From positions 46,030 through 110,029 of IMG/VR virus record IMGVR_UViG_3300020388_000011: 64,000 nt of DNA; one strand, given 5' to 3'. The notes under the pieces were generated by a model. It worked only from the letters and a program-made list of their open reading frames with translations, had not been told where the DNA came from and did no database searches. The position numbers and the translations under genes are program-made. Positions 32,586 to 44,127 of this stretch are shown here, piece after piece; the stretch's first letter is position 1; each line of letters starts with the position of its first letter. This stretch comes from a virus. Lineage: Duplodnaviria > Caudoviricetes.

Positions 32586-33659
32586 ATGAGATTTCATATT
32601 CTAGGTTTGCCTCATACGGTGTCTAGTAAGGAATATGTTGCTTGTGCTTATACCCAAAAGGTAGTGAAGTTCGGCAAGATGATGAAAGAACGTGGTCACG
32701 AGATCATTCACTACGGTCACGAAGATAGTGATCTAGTATGTGATGAGCACGTTACCGTGACTACCAATGCCGACCTAGAGAAAGCATATGGATCCTATGA
32801 CTGGAGAAAGAACTTCTTTAAGTTCAATACGGGTGATTACGCATACCAAACATTCTATAAGAATGCCATTGAAGAAGTTGGAAAGAGGAAACAACAACAT
32901 GATTTCATTTTACCTTTTTGGGGATCAGGTACTCGCCCTATTTGTGATGCTCATCCTGACCTTATCACTGTAGAACCTGGTATTGGCTACGCAGGAGGTC
33001 ATTGGGCTAACTGGAAGATCTTTGAGAGCTATGCTATTATGCATGCCTATCAAGGCTTGGCGGCTGTTGGCACTTGTCAGCAAAGCTGGTATGATGTAGT
33101 CATTCCAAACTATTTCGATTTAGAGGACTTTGAGTATGCGCCAGAGAATAAAGAGGATTATTTTCTATTTTTGGGTCGTGTATATTCGGGTAAGGGTATT
33201 GACATTGCCGTCCAAGTAACTGAGAAGATTGGAGCCAAGCTAGTAGTAGCTGGTCAGAACCCAGAGAACAGAACATTCCCAGACCACGTTGAGTTTGTTG
33301 GCTATGCTGACGTAGAGACTCGTAAGCGCCTTATGAGCCGCGCTAAGGCGTCTTTTGTAGCTTCCACATACTTGGAGCCATTTGGTGGCGTACAGGTGGA
33401 GAACTTGCTCTCAGGCACCCCTACGATCACTACTGACTGGGGTGCATTCGTTGAGAACAACCCACATGGAGTAACGGGATTCCGTTGCCGCACATTCGCT
33501 GATTTTGTAGATGCCGCTAAAAACATTGATAGCATTGATCCTAGCGTATGCCGTTCTTTTGGTGAACAGTTCTCATTAGAAAATGTAGCACCACGATATG
33601 AGAAGTTCTTCCAGGATGTTCTCAATGTATATACTGGGGAAGGTTGGTATAAACTATGA
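32586..33659 (+). CDS. Glycosyltransferase, GT4/GT-B fold
   Basis: FLGR...[19 protein letters not shown]. Confidence 0.9.
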   Translation: MRFHILGLPHTVSSKEYVACAYTQKVVKFGKMMKERGHEIIHYGHEDSDLVCDEHVTVTTNADLEKAYGSYDWRKNFFKFNTGDYAYQTFYKNAIEEVGKRKQQHDFILPFWGSGTRPICDAHPDLITVEPGIGYAGGHWANWKIFESYAIMHAYQGLAAVGTCQQSWYDVVIPNYFDLEDFEYAPENKEDYFLFLGRVYSGKGIDIAVQVTEKIGAKLVVAGQNPENRTFPDHVEFVGYADVETRKRLMSRAKASFVASTYLEPFGGVQVENLLSGTPTITTDWGAFVENNPHGVTGFRCRTFADFVDAAKNIDSIDPSVCRSFGEQFSLENVAPRYEKFFQDVLNVYTGEGWYKL

Positions 33660-34558
33660 AGAGAATAGCATTCTTTACATATAGTGAATGGGCTTTCGGG
33701 TCTATTCATAAGGCTTTAATAAAAGAACTTTATAAAAAAGGTATTGATGCAAATATTATTGATTGGAATATTACATACAGCAGAGAAGAGTTTGATGCTT
33801 TTATGGATATCTATGATGTATTTGTTACAGTACCAGGAAACGCAGTAACTGCTCTACGATCCTATGGAGTTCCTTATAGTAGTATCATTGCTATTGCCCA
33901 CGGTAGATATGATATACAATTTGGTTTAGCGGAAGGTAATGAGTTTGATGCCTTCCGTGCTTATGGTGGAGTTAGTTTAGATTTAGGAGAATATTCATAT
34001 AACCTTGGTATTACTAAGGACTTCTATGTGGTTCGTAATGGTATTAACTTTGATGAGTTCTACCGCCCAGTAGCAGAACAGCTAAATGTTATTGGGTATT
34101 CGGGTGCTATTGAAAAAGATAATCCCCACTCTGATATTAAGGACTGGAAGCGTGGTTATCTAGTCAAAGAAATCGCATCTAGAACCAATACAAAGATACT
34201 TCTACCGTCACAAAGAAGTCATCTAGCAATGTCTGCTTACTATAAAGATGTAGATTGCCTTATGGTATCTTCCACAGAACAAGAATCTTGTGGTCTTCCT
34301 TTGTTAGAAGCAGCCGCAGCAGGTAGGTTACCTATATCAACTCTCACTGGTATCAATAGAGATTTTGAAGTTCCTACTGGCGTTATATTGCCTATGGAAG
34401 AAGATCGCTATATATTTTCTGGCATGAATGCCATCAATACACTTAAAGAAAATCCCAGCTTTTTTAAACAGCTATGTACAAATGCCCAAGATTTTGCTAG
34501 AATACATTACGATTGGTCAGTTGTTATAGACGGCTGGATTACCTTACTTACTTTATAA
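33656..34558 (+). CDS. Glycosyltransferase, GT4-like
   Basis: [17 protein letters not shown] (E-x7-E), YDW; ATGA-coupled. Confidence 0.85.
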   Translation: MKRIAFFTYSEWAFGSIHKALIKELYKKGIDANIIDWNITYSREEFDAFMDIYDVFVTVPGNAVTALRSYGVPYSSIIAIAHGRYDIQFGLAEGNEFDAFRAYGGVSLDLGEYSYNLGITKDFYVVRNGINFDEFYRPVAEQLNVIGYSGAIEKDNPHSDIKDWKRGYLVKEIASRTNTKILLPSQRSHLAMSAYYKDVDCLMVSSTEQESCGLPLLEAAAAGRLPISTLTGINRDFEVPTGVILPMEEDRYIFSGMNAINTLKENPSFFKQLCTNAQDFARIHYDWSVVIDGWITLLTL

Positions 34559-34562
34559 TATT

Positions 34563-35159
34563 ATGCTTACCGACTTAATACAAATTGTAGACTGCCTTAC
34601 TCCCGAAGAGACTAAAAGGTGTCTTGAACTATTAGAAAATGAAGAATGGTCACCTACTACCGTATTTGGTATGAGTGGTAGCGAGGTAAATCCTGGTATT
34701 CGCCTTAATGATAGAGTGTGCTTAAATGATGCATCAGAATGTGCTAATATTATGCATGAGGGTATGAATGCCGCTCTATTAAAATATAAAGATACTGTGG
34801 CTGGAATTAACCAAGAGTTTCAAAAGTTTCCTATCCCAGGTACATTTAGAACAAATTGTTTCCGAGAATCTATTCAGGTTCTCCGATATACTGAAGGTCA
34901 GTATTACAAGTGGCATACTGATGAGGCTACTGATAAGACCCTTAATGAAGTCAATAGAACCATCTCTATGGTTTTATATCTAACAGACGATTTTGAGGGT
35001 GGAAGAACTCACTTTATCCACCGTTACTATAAGCCAAAAGCTGGTCAGGTATTAGTATTCCCATCTAACTGGTGTTTCCCACATGAATGCGAAGTAATCA
35101 CCAAAGGAACTAAAATCGCAGCAGTTACTTGGTATCACTCACATTATAATTTTGACTAA
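34563..35159 (+). CDS. 2OG-Fe(II) oxygenase, prolyl-4-hydroxylase-like
   Basis: HTD, YL.DDFEGG.T.F, PKAG.VLVF, HECEVITKGTK (HxD...H with a Lys 2OG ligand). Confidence 0.85.
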   Translation: MLTDLIQIVDCLTPEETKRCLELLENEEWSPTTVFGMSGSEVNPGIRLNDRVCLNDASECANIMHEGMNAALLKYKDTVAGINQEFQKFPIPGTFRTNCFRESIQVLRYTEGQYYKWHTDEATDKTLNEVNRTISMVLYLTDDFEGGRTHFIHRYYKPKAGQVLVFPSNWCFPHECEVITKGTKIAAVTWYHSHYNFD

Positions 35160-35350
35160 TGAGTAAAACTACACCACAGACAGTCCATGAAGCACATCTA
35201 GCATCATTTAGTGGAAAATTAAATATGGTAGCTGCCGCAGCACATTGTGGTCTAACATTGAGGGAGTTTAAGATGACCTTTAGAGAGTTTCTTAAATATA
35301 ATCCAGTCTCATATACAACAGAAACAGCTACTCAGCTTAAATTATTTTAA
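35159..35350 (+). CDS. Small hypothetical protein, possible HTH
   Basis: GKLNMVAAAAHCGLTLREF. Confidence 0.6.
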   Translation: MSKTTPQTVHEAHLASFSGKLNMVAAAAHCGLTLREFKMTFREFLKYNPVSYTTETATQLKLF

Positions 35351-35397
35351 GTGGCTAAATAAGGTACGAATACATTATTTGTTATTGGTTGATTATT

Positions 35398-38300
35398 ATG
35401 CCCTTAAACAAGTTAGAAAACTTTATTAAGAATACTGATGGTCGCACCATATATGTCAACCCGAATGACATCAATGCGACTGACGCTATTTCAAATCAAG
35501 GAACATCCTTAACAGAACCTTTTCGTACTGTACAACGAGCTTTAATTGAATCCGCTAGATTTTCGTATGTTCGTGGAAATGACAACGATCTTATTGAGAA
35601 GACTACCATTGTTCTTTATCCTGGAAATCATACTATTGATAATAGACCAGGATACGGAATCAAGACTAATAATATTGGGGCTGCTGTAGCTGTTTCTCCA
35701 ACTGGTGAGGAAGTCGCTCCTGCCACAGTATTTAACTTAAAAAGCGATACTAACTTTGACATTGAGTCAACTAATAATATTCTATGGCATTTTAATTCAA
35801 TCTATGGTGGTGTTGTAGTACCTCGTGGCACATCTATCGTAGGTATGGATCTACGTAAGACAAAGATTCGCCCCAAGTATGTACCAAATCCAACCGACCC
35901 ATCAGTGGATGGATCAGCCATTTTCCGCATAACTGGATCATGTTACTTCTGGCAGTTTACTATTTTTGATGGACCCGAGAATGGTCTTGTATATACTGAC
36001 CCCAAAGACTTTTCGTTAAATAATCAGTCACGCCCATCATTCTCTCACCACAAACTAACAGGCTTTGAATATGCTGATGGTGTCAACCCAATTGAACGTT
36101 TTGGTGAATTAACTGATCTACAGATGTATTATGATAAGCTATCAAATGCTTATAATGAAGCATCTGGTCGTAATATTGATGAGAAATTCCCACAAGATCC
36201 AGAGGGATTCGCGCCAATGCTTCCCGAGTATCAGATTGTGGGTGCATTTGCTACTGATCCTATTCGTATTGCTTCACTAATTTCCGGTGATGGATTTACT
36301 CCCGATTCTGTTATTACAGTAGAGACTGTGATTCCTCATGGATTGTCAACTGGAACTCCAATTAAAATTCGTGGGGTTGCTGTATCTGATTATAATATCT
36401 CAACTAAAGTTGCGGTTATTATTAGCCCCACTAGTTTTACATATCCTCTTGCATTCGTAAGACCTGAACTCCCAGCACGTCCATCAGTATCCTCTGCAAC
36501 TGTAACCGTTGAGACTGATACTGTTACTGGTGCATCTCCCTACATTTTTAACGTATCGATGAGATCCGTTTGGGGGATTAATGGGATGCTGGCTGATGGT
36601 GCCAAAGCGACCGGATTCCGTAGCATGGTCGTTGCGCAGTTCACCGCGATCAGCCTTCAAAAAGATGACCGTGCGTTTGTTAAGTATAACGATCAGTCAC
36701 GTAGATATAATGGTATTAATGTTAGTACAACTGTTCGTGGCGCTGAACTGTCAGCGGAATCTTCATCAACAAATAGTGCTACTGTTTATCACTTGGATCC
36801 TAGGGCAGTTTATCGCCCAGAATGGGAGACTACTCACATTAAAATGAGCAACGACGCTGTTATTCAGATCGTTTCTGTGTTTGCTATTGGCTTTAATCAA
36901 CATTTTGCTGCTGTTAATGGTGCGGACGCATCCATTACCAACTCAAACTCCAACTTTGGACAATTTGCTCTTCTATCCATTGGATTTAAGAATGATGCAT
37001 TTGCAAAAGATGATACTGGATTTGTTACACAAGTCATTACACCCAAAACCGCATATAATCCATCAGAAGATGAAATTTCTCGTATTGGTTGGGTTAATAT
37101 TGACTTTGATATAACACGTACTCAAGCTATTCCCGCTCAACTATATCTACTCGGATATACTAATAAAGAGGATAGACCTCCTTTCATTAATCAGGGCTTC
37201 CGTTTAGGTGCAAATAACGAAGAAGTTTTATATCAGGAGACCGCAGCCTCTGGAGACAAGCAAGCAAGCATCTTCATGGTAGATAATCTTATTAGTGGTG
37301 CTAATAGGGCAGCTTTTGGAACTAATATTGCTGTTAAATCTTATCCGGTATTGGCTGGTCCAGGTCAAGGACCCACATCAGGTTCAACATTGACCCTACC
37401 ACCACATGGATTATTGAATGGGGAGACTATTAGAGTATTTTCAGCTAATGCTGATCTACCAGAAAATATGGAAGAAGGTCAGCTATATTATGCTAACGTT
37501 GTTGACACTGAAAATATTAGAATCTCAACATCAGAGTCAAACGCACTAAATGATATCTTCCTAGAAATATTTGGTGGTACAGAACTACGTGTTGAGTCTC
37601 GTGTAAATGATAAGTCTGCGGGTGAGCCAGGTCACCCAATGCAGTTTGATGACATTGTAGGTAATTGGTTTGTTCATACTAATAGCAACAGTGAGTTGTA
37701 TCAATACATTATCTTAAATCCAACTTCACAAGAAGGATTTGACTTTGTTTCATACTATCTTAGAGCAAGTGACAATAGAAGTCTAGATGATAAATTGTAT
37801 CGTTTGCGTTATGTTATTCCCAAAGAAACTTCTAATGCCAAGCCACCAACTCCTGGATATGTTATTCAGTCATCATCAACTACTGGAGCTAGAAATAATG
37901 ATGATTTTGATTTAACAACTCTAACGTTTAGGGATTATGAGTATGATAGAAATCCAAGATATATTGTAGATTGTAATTATATTCCCATTACAGCAGAAAT
38001 TGAGGTTAGGAGTCAAATTCCACACCAACTATCTGTTGGGGATAAAATTAATACGCTAAATATTACATCTACAAAAAATCCAGACGCAGTAGATGGTAGA
38101 GGTTATGACGGAGAGTTCCTCGTAACTCGTGTTGATAATGCGAGGGTATTTAGATATTCTTCTACGGACATTAAGGGATTCACTAGGGATTTGATTGGTG
38201 ACTTATTTACCAATGATACAAACGATAGAAATATTCTATTGCCCCGTTTCCAACGTAAAGATAATCAGACTGATGTATTCGTATATCGTATTGAGGAGAT

Positions 38301-41300
38301 TGTTGCATTCACTGAAGGTGTTCGTGATGGCATCTATCACTTGTTCTGCGTTAATGGTTCTAACGCTGTAACAGAGACATTTACTAAAAGAAATTATAAT
38401 CAACCAATTGAGGATTTGTACCCCCAGTTAGATACTGATAATATTAATAATAATCCAGCTTCTTCTGTTACCTTTGCTGCTAGAGCACCTCTTGGTAAAG
38501 TTTCAATTGATAATAAGCAGACATCTATTACTAGAGAAACTATTGACAAATTGACCAAGAGTCAAAATGAAAATGTCATTGAACTAGTTACTGAAGGGGC
38601 ATCAGAAACTGTAATTGAATTTCAGCGTGAGCACCAATATAATGGAGTATATAACTACACAACTTTAAATGGTGGTAGTGGATATACTGATGGCACTTAC
38701 TATAATGTAAAGCTTCTAACGGATGGTATTTTTTGGGATGGTGCTAGTGCTGAAGTTACTGTTATCGCAGGCTCAGTAACTGAGTTGGTAATTATGGATC
38801 CAGGTTCTGGATATAAGGCTGGGGACACACTATTTCTTGACCCCTCAGGTTTAGGTCCTGGGGGTGGTGCAACTGTTTCTATTAGTGCTAGTGACATTGA
38901 AAGTTCTATTGGATTCATCGCCCAATTTACTGGTGGTGGAGTACTAAATCCAGATTCTTTTGCTCCTATTATTGATGTACCTTCGGCATCATCCATTACG
39001 GTTCATAATGAGTCTATCGCTGGTGTTACTACATCAATGTATGTTCTAACAACCGACAGTGGTACAGATATTACATCTACACAATTTGATGCCGCAAGTG
39101 GAATAACTACATTTACGACCAATTCAACAACTGGATTTGGTTTACAAAGGGGTAATAGTTTTGTTGTTTTTGACGTAGATGGTAAAAACCTAGGTAAGTA
39201 TTATGTCTCTGCCGTACCTGTACCATCTACAGTTACCGCTGTAACAAATGCCGATGTCAGTAGTGCTGTTACATTGGGTAAATGTGGTTATGATGATAAC
39301 GATGCAAATACTGGACCAGGGGGAGAAAATATTGGAGTACGTGGTGTCGCAGCATTTGATCTTGGTATCTTCTACTTAGTAGATGGTTCAGGAACAGACA
39401 ATCAACTAACATTATCTGCCAATGATGGTGGAGTCACTGGTAGTGTTGCCCAAAAACTTCCTCTAGGAAGATATTTACAACTTGGTTCAGAAATTGTGCG
39501 TATTGCTAGCACAAGCTTTGATGGACTAAATCTCAATATAGTTACTGTTATTCGTGGTGCTCTTGGAACTAGCGTTATTAATCATCCAGTAGGTACAAAG
39601 GTACGTGCCATCAAACCTCTAGCTATTGAGCTTCGCCGCCCATCTATCCTACGTGCTTCAGGTCATACTTTTGAGTATCTAGGATATGGTCCTGGTAACT
39701 ACTCTACAGCACTACCACAGCTACAGGTTCGTCAGTTACCTGATGACGAAGTATATCTAGTGCAGGCGCAGGAGTTATCTTGTGGTCAGGTTGTATATAC
39801 TGGTATGTCTGATAATGGAGATTTCTATATCGGTAATACCAAGTATTCTGCAACTTCTGGGACACAGATTACATTTGACGTTCCTATTCCCACTATTGCT
39901 GGGCAAAACGCATCCAACAACAACGTTGTGTTTGATGAAGTTATCATCAACCGCCGCTTATTCGTTGCTGGTGGAGATGCTAATGAGGTTCTATCACAAT
40001 TTGATGGTCCTGTTAAATTTACAGAAACAGTCAATCTAGAGTCATCATTAGGAGTTACTGGCAATAGTTCATTAAATACTCTAAGTATTCTTTCAACATT
40101 AAACTCAGTATCACTTGATAATGGTGGAGCTCTAACTGTTCGCGGTGGTGCTGCTATTGCTAAAGACTTATATGTTGGTGGGGATGTTGAACTAACTGAT
40201 CTCACAGTAAATGGCAACCTAGATGTGTTAGGGGACGCAGAATTTGGTCAGGATGTTGATATTGTCGGAGCTGTTGATATTGGTGAAACATTAACAGTGG
40301 GTGGTAATTTTACTGGCAATGGCGCCACCAATCAATTCAATGGTACTCTAGGTGTAACGGGTGATGCTGATTTTGACAGTGATGTCAATATTGATGGGTC
40401 TGTTGACATTGGTAATGATCTAGATGTAGATGGAAACTTGGTTGTTAATGGATCTACTAACGCTATTAATGGTAATTTAACCGTAACAGGTAATATTACA
40501 ATGACCAGGACAGACAGAGATCTCTACACTAATGGGATTATTGCTGTTAGTGGTAGTTCTCAAATGGACCTTTGGAGAAACCAGGTTAATAATTCTGCTG
40601 ATATCAGTATTGGTGGTTCTGGTAATCAAGCTAAAGTAATTTTTAATACTACTAAGCTTGGTACAGGTGAGGGTGGTAGTGATGGTATCGCTTCATCCGA
40701 TGGTGGTGTTGACATCAAAGGCTCTTTAGTTGTCCGCGATAAGGTTATTGCTAAAGAGTTTGTTGGTGATGGATTAGGTAAGCCTGGTTCAATTATTATG
40801 TGGGGTGGAAACGCAACTGAAAATAATGAGCAAACTCCTGGTAGTATTCCAAAAGGATATCTACTATGTAATGGTAGATCATTGTCCAAAAATGCGTATC
40901 CTAAATTATATAGAGCTATCAGAGGTACTCATGGAGAAACTTCTACCACGTTCAGAATCCCTGATTTGCGTGAAAGATTTATTGTTGGTGCTGGGGGAAA
41001 TAATCCCAATGTAACTCAGGTAAATGGATATAACATTGCTGGTACTGGTGGTGGAAATTTTGTCCAATTAACAACAGCTCAAATTCCTGCTCATAACCAT
41101 AGTATCAATCAACGATCTGTTGCCCACACCCACGATGTTAGTGGCACCACTAGTCAATATAATTGGAGACACTCTCATTCAGGAACTGCTAATACACAAG
41201 GTGCCCATGGTCACACTCTCCAGAGTCAGGGAGATCATACTCACCCGCAGGATTTCCAACCCGCTGGTGGTCACTCTCACGGTTATACCCGAACTAGCGG

Positions 41301-41631
41301 TTCAAGCGGCGGGAGAGAAAATGGAGACAATAATGTTGTTGCAGAGCTAAACAACTTTAACTCTGGAACCAATAACAATGGTACTCACGCTCACCCCCTT
41401 ACGCTTTTTCCAAACGGCAGACATAGGCATAGTGTGGAGGGTGGCTCTGGAAACCACCAACACCCAGTTAGCACGGATTCGAGAGGAGAACAGCACAGTC
41501 ATCAATGGAGTGGTACAAGTACTTCTAACCCGATTACACATAATCATACTGCTAATGATACTGGGGGCGGTCAGACACACGAGAATCGCCCCCCTTATAT
41601 GGCTCTCTGCTATATTATCCAATACAAGTGA
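35398..41631 (+). CDS. Large tail fibre/structural protein with tail-collar domain and His-x-His needle tip
   Basis: MPLNKLENF N-terminus; PGSIIMW...GYLLCNG...F.IPDLR.RF collar; 11 HxH motifs; HENRPPY.AL.YII end. Confidence 0.85.
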   Translation: MPLNKLENFIKNTDGRTIYVNPNDINATDAISNQGTSLTEPFRTVQRALIESARFSYVRGNDNDLIEKTTIVLYPGNHTIDNRPGYGIKTNNIGAAVAVSPTGEEVAPATVFNLKSDTNFDIESTNNILWHFNSIYGGVVVPRGTSIVGMDLRKTKIRPKYVPNPTDPSVDGSAIFRITGSCYFWQFTIFDGPENGLVYTDPKDFSLNNQSRPSFSHHKLTGFEYADGVNPIERFGELTDLQMYYDKLSNAYNEASGRNIDEKFPQDPEGFAPMLPEYQIVGAFATDPIRIASLISGDGFTPDSVITVETVIPHGLSTGTPIKIRGVAVSDYNISTKVAVIISPTSFTYPLAFVRPELPARPSVSSATVTVETDTVTGASPYIFNVSMRSVWGINGMLADGAKATGFRSMVVAQFTAISLQKDDRAFVKYNDQSRRYNGINVSTTVRGAELSAESSSTNSATVYHLDPRAVYRPEWETTHIKMSNDAVIQIVSVFAIGFNQHFAAVNGADASITNSNSNFGQFALLSIGFKNDAFAKDDTGFVTQVITPKTAYNPSEDEISRIGWVNIDFDITRTQAIPAQLYLLGYTNKEDRPPFINQGFRLGANNEEVLYQETAASGDKQASIFMVDNLISGANRAAFGTNIAVKSYPVLAGPGQGPTSGSTLTLPPHGLLNGETIRVFSANADLPENMEEGQLYYANVVDTENIRISTSESNALNDIFLEIFGGTELRVESRVNDKSAGEPGHPMQFDDIVGNWFVHTNSNSELYQYIILNPTSQEGFDFVSYYLRASDNRSLDDKLYRLRYVIPKETSNAKPPTPGYVIQSSSTTGARNNDDFDLTTLTFRDYEYDRNPRYIVDCNYIPITAEIEVRSQIPHQLSVGDKINTLNITSTKNPDAVDGRGYDGEFLVTRVDNARVFRYSSTDIKGFTRDLIGDLFTNDTNDRNILLPRFQRKDNQTDVFVYRIEEIVAFTEGVRDGIYHLFCVNGSNAVTETFTKRNYNQPIEDLYPQLDTDNINNNPASSVTFAARAPLGKVSIDNKQTSITRETIDKLTKSQNENVIELVTEGASETVIEFQREHQYNGVYNYTTLNGGSGYTDGTYYNVKLLTDGIFWDGASAEVTVIAGSVTELVIMDPGSGYKAGDTLFLDPSGLGPGGGATVSISASDIESSIGFIAQFTGGGVLNPDSFAPIIDVPSASSITVHNESIAGVTTSMYVLTTDSGTDITSTQFDAASGITTFTTNSTTGFGLQRGNSFVVFDVDGKNLGKYYVSAVPVPSTVTAVTNADVSSAVTLGKCGYDDNDANTGPGGENIGVRGVAAFDLGIFYLVDGSGTDNQLTLSANDGGVTGSVAQKLPLGRYLQLGSEIVRIASTSFDGLNLNIVTVIRGALGTSVINHPVGTKVRAIKPLAIELRRPSILRASGHTFEYLGYGPGNYSTALPQLQVRQLPDDEVYLVQAQELSCGQVVYTGMSDNGDFYIGNTKYSATSGTQITFDVPIPTIAGQNASNNNVVFDEVIINRRLFVAGGDANEVLSQFDGPVKFTETVNLESSLGVTGNSSLNTLSILSTLNSVSLDNGGALTVRGGAAIAKDLYVGGDVELTDLTVNGNLDVLGDAEFGQDVDIVGAVDIGETLTVGGNFTGNGATNQFNGTLGVTGDADFDSDVNIDGSVDIGNDLDVDGNLVVNGSTNAINGNLTVTGNITMTRTDRDLYTNGIIAVSGSSQMDLWRNQVNNSADISIGGSGNQAKVIFNTTKLGTGEGGSDGIASSDGGVDIKGSLVVRDKVIAKEFVGDGLGKPGSIIMWGGNATENNEQTPGSIPKGYLLCNGRSLSKNAYPKLYRAIRGTHGETSTTFRIPDLRERFIVGAGGNNPNVTQVNGYNIAGTGGGNFVQLTTAQIPAHNHSINQRSVAHTHDVSGTTSQYNWRHSHSGTANTQGAHGHTLQSQGDHTHPQDFQPAGGHSHGYTRTSGSSGGRENGDNNVVAELNNFNSGTNNNGTHAHPLTLFPNGRHRHSVEGGSGNHQHPVSTDSRGEQHSHQWSGTSTSNPITHNHTANDTGGGQTHENRPPYMALCYIIQYK

Positions 41632-41637
41632 TACTTT

Positions 41638-41666
41638 AGTCCCCTTAAAAAAGGGGGCTTTTTTTT
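41638..41666 (+). terminator. Intrinsic terminator
   Basis: AGTCCCCTT...AAGGGGGCT plus T-run. Confidence 0.75.
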
Positions 41667-41708
41667 GTATATAAATAATACCAAGGCATTCTAACCATCT
41701 TATAAGTA

Positions 41709-44084
41709 ATGGCGAATTTTAATAAGGCATTTAACTTCCGTGGGGGGTTTCAGGTTGATACTGACGTTTTTATTGTAAGAGGTCAGAACGTTGGTATTGG
41801 GTCAACTATTCCAAATGATCGCCTGGTTGTTGATGGTACTATTAAAGCCAAATCAGTTGGTGTAGATAGTATTTCTGTAGAGAGATCTAATGTTGGCATC
41901 CTTACCGTAACGGATACTTTAGATATTGGTGTTGAGACTGGTAGTAATGAGCCGTTTCCATTAGGTTCTCCGCAAGTAAGAATAACTACGGGTATTATTA
42001 CCGCAGCAAATCCTGCTATTGGATTTGTTACTTATTACGGTGATGGTGGTAATCTATTGAACCTACCTACATCACAGTGGGTTGATACTGATGTTGGTCT
42101 TGGTTTTACTAGCATTTACGCTGCAGGAAATGTTGGGGTGGGCACCACAGACCCAAGATTTACCTTCCAGGTCGGTTCTACACCGATAACTGGATTGTCT
42201 GGATTTAATAGTGCTCCTGGGGTTGGCATTGATAGTGGGAGTATTTGGGCAACAAATGATATAAGAATTGGTGGTGATGTTGAGATTGGTGGGGATGTTG
42301 AGATTGATGGTAATATTGAGATTGATGGTGGAATTACTATTGGTGGAACCTTCCCATCATCAATTGATGGAAATTTAAATATTGGTGGTTTTGTTTCTGT
42401 TGGCAGTACTCTTTTTGTCTCTGGTATTGTCACAGCACAGGAATTGGCTGGTATTGGTAGCCTAATTACATTGATCAATGCGGATAATATTGCTATTGGA
42501 TCTATTGGTTCAATGCGATATGGTGATATAATTACTACAAAGGAAGTATATGCTGATAGGTTTATTGGAACAGCAACATCAGCAGAAAGCTTAGTTCCAG
42601 GGGCACAGATTACAATTGATACTCTAGTAGCTAATACTGTTACTGCTAATAGGTTTATTGGAACAGCAACATCAGCAGAAGACTTAACTCCAGACGCACA
42701 AATCTCTATTGATAGTATAGAAGCTAATACTATTGATGCTGTAGACCGATTCACTACTATTGATGGTAATATTGCTGTTGGACACACCGATACTGGAACA
42801 ATTGGTGATATTGATGTTCGTAAAACGTCTAGTGACTCCACAATATACTCACTAACTTCAACCGATTCCACTGGTAGAATGTTTGTAGGTCATGAAAGGG
42901 AAGTAGCATCTAATAATGGCTTTGGTGGTCTTAGATTCGGTGGCAATATTTCTGGATCACCACTTAGTGGTTTGAATGATTTAGATCTTGTCAACTATGA
43001 TGTGGGCAATTTAAATTATTATCTACATGATGGCAGTTCAGCTGGAGGAACTTTAGGTAACTTTAGATGGATTAATGGGCAATTAGATATTGTCTTAATG
43101 GAATTAACTAGTAATGGGGGGCTTGTATTACCTGGAAATGGAGATGTAACTCAACCATCACTAGAAGTAACAACTGGCTTCTCAACATTCAAAGGTGCTG
43201 CCACTTTTGATAGTACAGTGGATATTCTCGGCAATACCTCAGTTAGTAGTGATCTTTCTGTAGCAGGTGAAATAAGTTTTGGAAGTATTTTAATTACTGG
43301 TCCTATTGAAGTACCATCTTTACTAGCTTCTACTGAAGTTCTTGTTGGTTCTGACCCCTCACTTGGTGGAACGGGTGTTAAGCTTGAATCTGGTGGAGGT
43401 ATTACTGCATCTAACTCTCTCAATATTGGCTCTAGTGTAATTACTAGTTCTGGAGTGAACGCAACAACTTTAAATGCAACTACATCAACCATTACTGGAG
43501 CTCTATCTGCTAATGCTATAAGTGCAGATAGCCTCAGCACTCCTGGCTGTAGTATTAATTCTGCTGGCGATGCTGGGTTTAATGTCTTAACTGCAAATTC
43601 TCTTACCGTAGGTAGTTTTAATATTACGACTGGATCTATTGATAACTTAACCACACAATCTATCAGTGCAACCAATGGTAATATTACTAATTTAGTCAGC
43701 ACTACCATAGGCGTTAGCACTTTAACCAGTGATACTATGATCACAACCAACGGGGAAATTACGCAACTAGAAGTTGGCGGTATTTCTCCTCTTGCTCCTG
43801 GATCACCAATCACAATAAACAATCTTAGTTCTACTACTGCCAGTCTTGATACTATCACTTCAAATAACATCAATGTCTCTAGTACTGTTGCTACTAATAT
43901 TTTAACTGCTTCTACTTCTGTTACTGCTGGTACAATTATTTCTAGTCTTTTGAGCGGTGATGATGGTCAGAGTTTCATAGACTTTGTTGTTGATGGGGTG
44001 AATGAGGAACTAGTTATTACTGTGTACACTTCTGGTCCATCTCTTCGTGGTTCTATAACATTACCATATGTGCCTGTCCCATAG
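41709..44084 (+). CDS. Tail fibre / structural protein
   Basis: NVGIGST.P, VTYYGDG.NL.NLPTSQW.D; Thr/Ser-rich; late promoter at 41670. Confidence 0.8.
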   Translation: MANFNKAFNFRGGFQVDTDVFIVRGQNVGIGSTIPNDRLVVDGTIKAKSVGVDSISVERSNVGILTVTDTLDIGVETGSNEPFPLGSPQVRITTGIITAANPAIGFVTYYGDGGNLLNLPTSQWVDTDVGLGFTSIYAAGNVGVGTTDPRFTFQVGSTPITGLSGFNSAPGVGIDSGSIWATNDIRIGGDVEIGGDVEIDGNIEIDGGITIGGTFPSSIDGNLNIGGFVSVGSTLFVSGIVTAQELAGIGSLITLINADNIAIGSIGSMRYGDIITTKEVYADRFIGTATSAESLVPGAQITIDTLVANTVTANRFIGTATSAEDLTPDAQISIDSIEANTIDAVDRFTTIDGNIAVGHTDTGTIGDIDVRKTSSDSTIYSLTSTDSTGRMFVGHEREVASNNGFGGLRFGGNISGSPLSGLNDLDLVNYDVGNLNYYLHDGSSAGGTLGNFRWINGQLDIVLMELTSNGGLVLPGNGDVTQPSLEVTTGFSTFKGAATFDSTVDILGNTSVSSDLSVAGEISFGSILITGPIEVPSLLASTEVLVGSDPSLGGTGVKLESGGGITASNSLNIGSSVITSSGVNATTLNATTSTITGALSANAISADSLSTPGCSINSAGDAGFNVLTANSLTVGSFNITTGSIDNLTTQSISATNGNITNLVSTTIGVSTLTSDTMITTNGEITQLEVGGISPLAPGSPITINNLSSTTASLDTITSNNINVSSTVATNILTASTSVTAGTIISSLLSGDDGQSFIDFVVDGVNEELVITVYTSGPSLRGSITLPYVPVP

Positions 44085-44127
44085 CTAGAACTTTTATGCT
44101 ATAATATCCTTATATAATGCCAGATCA

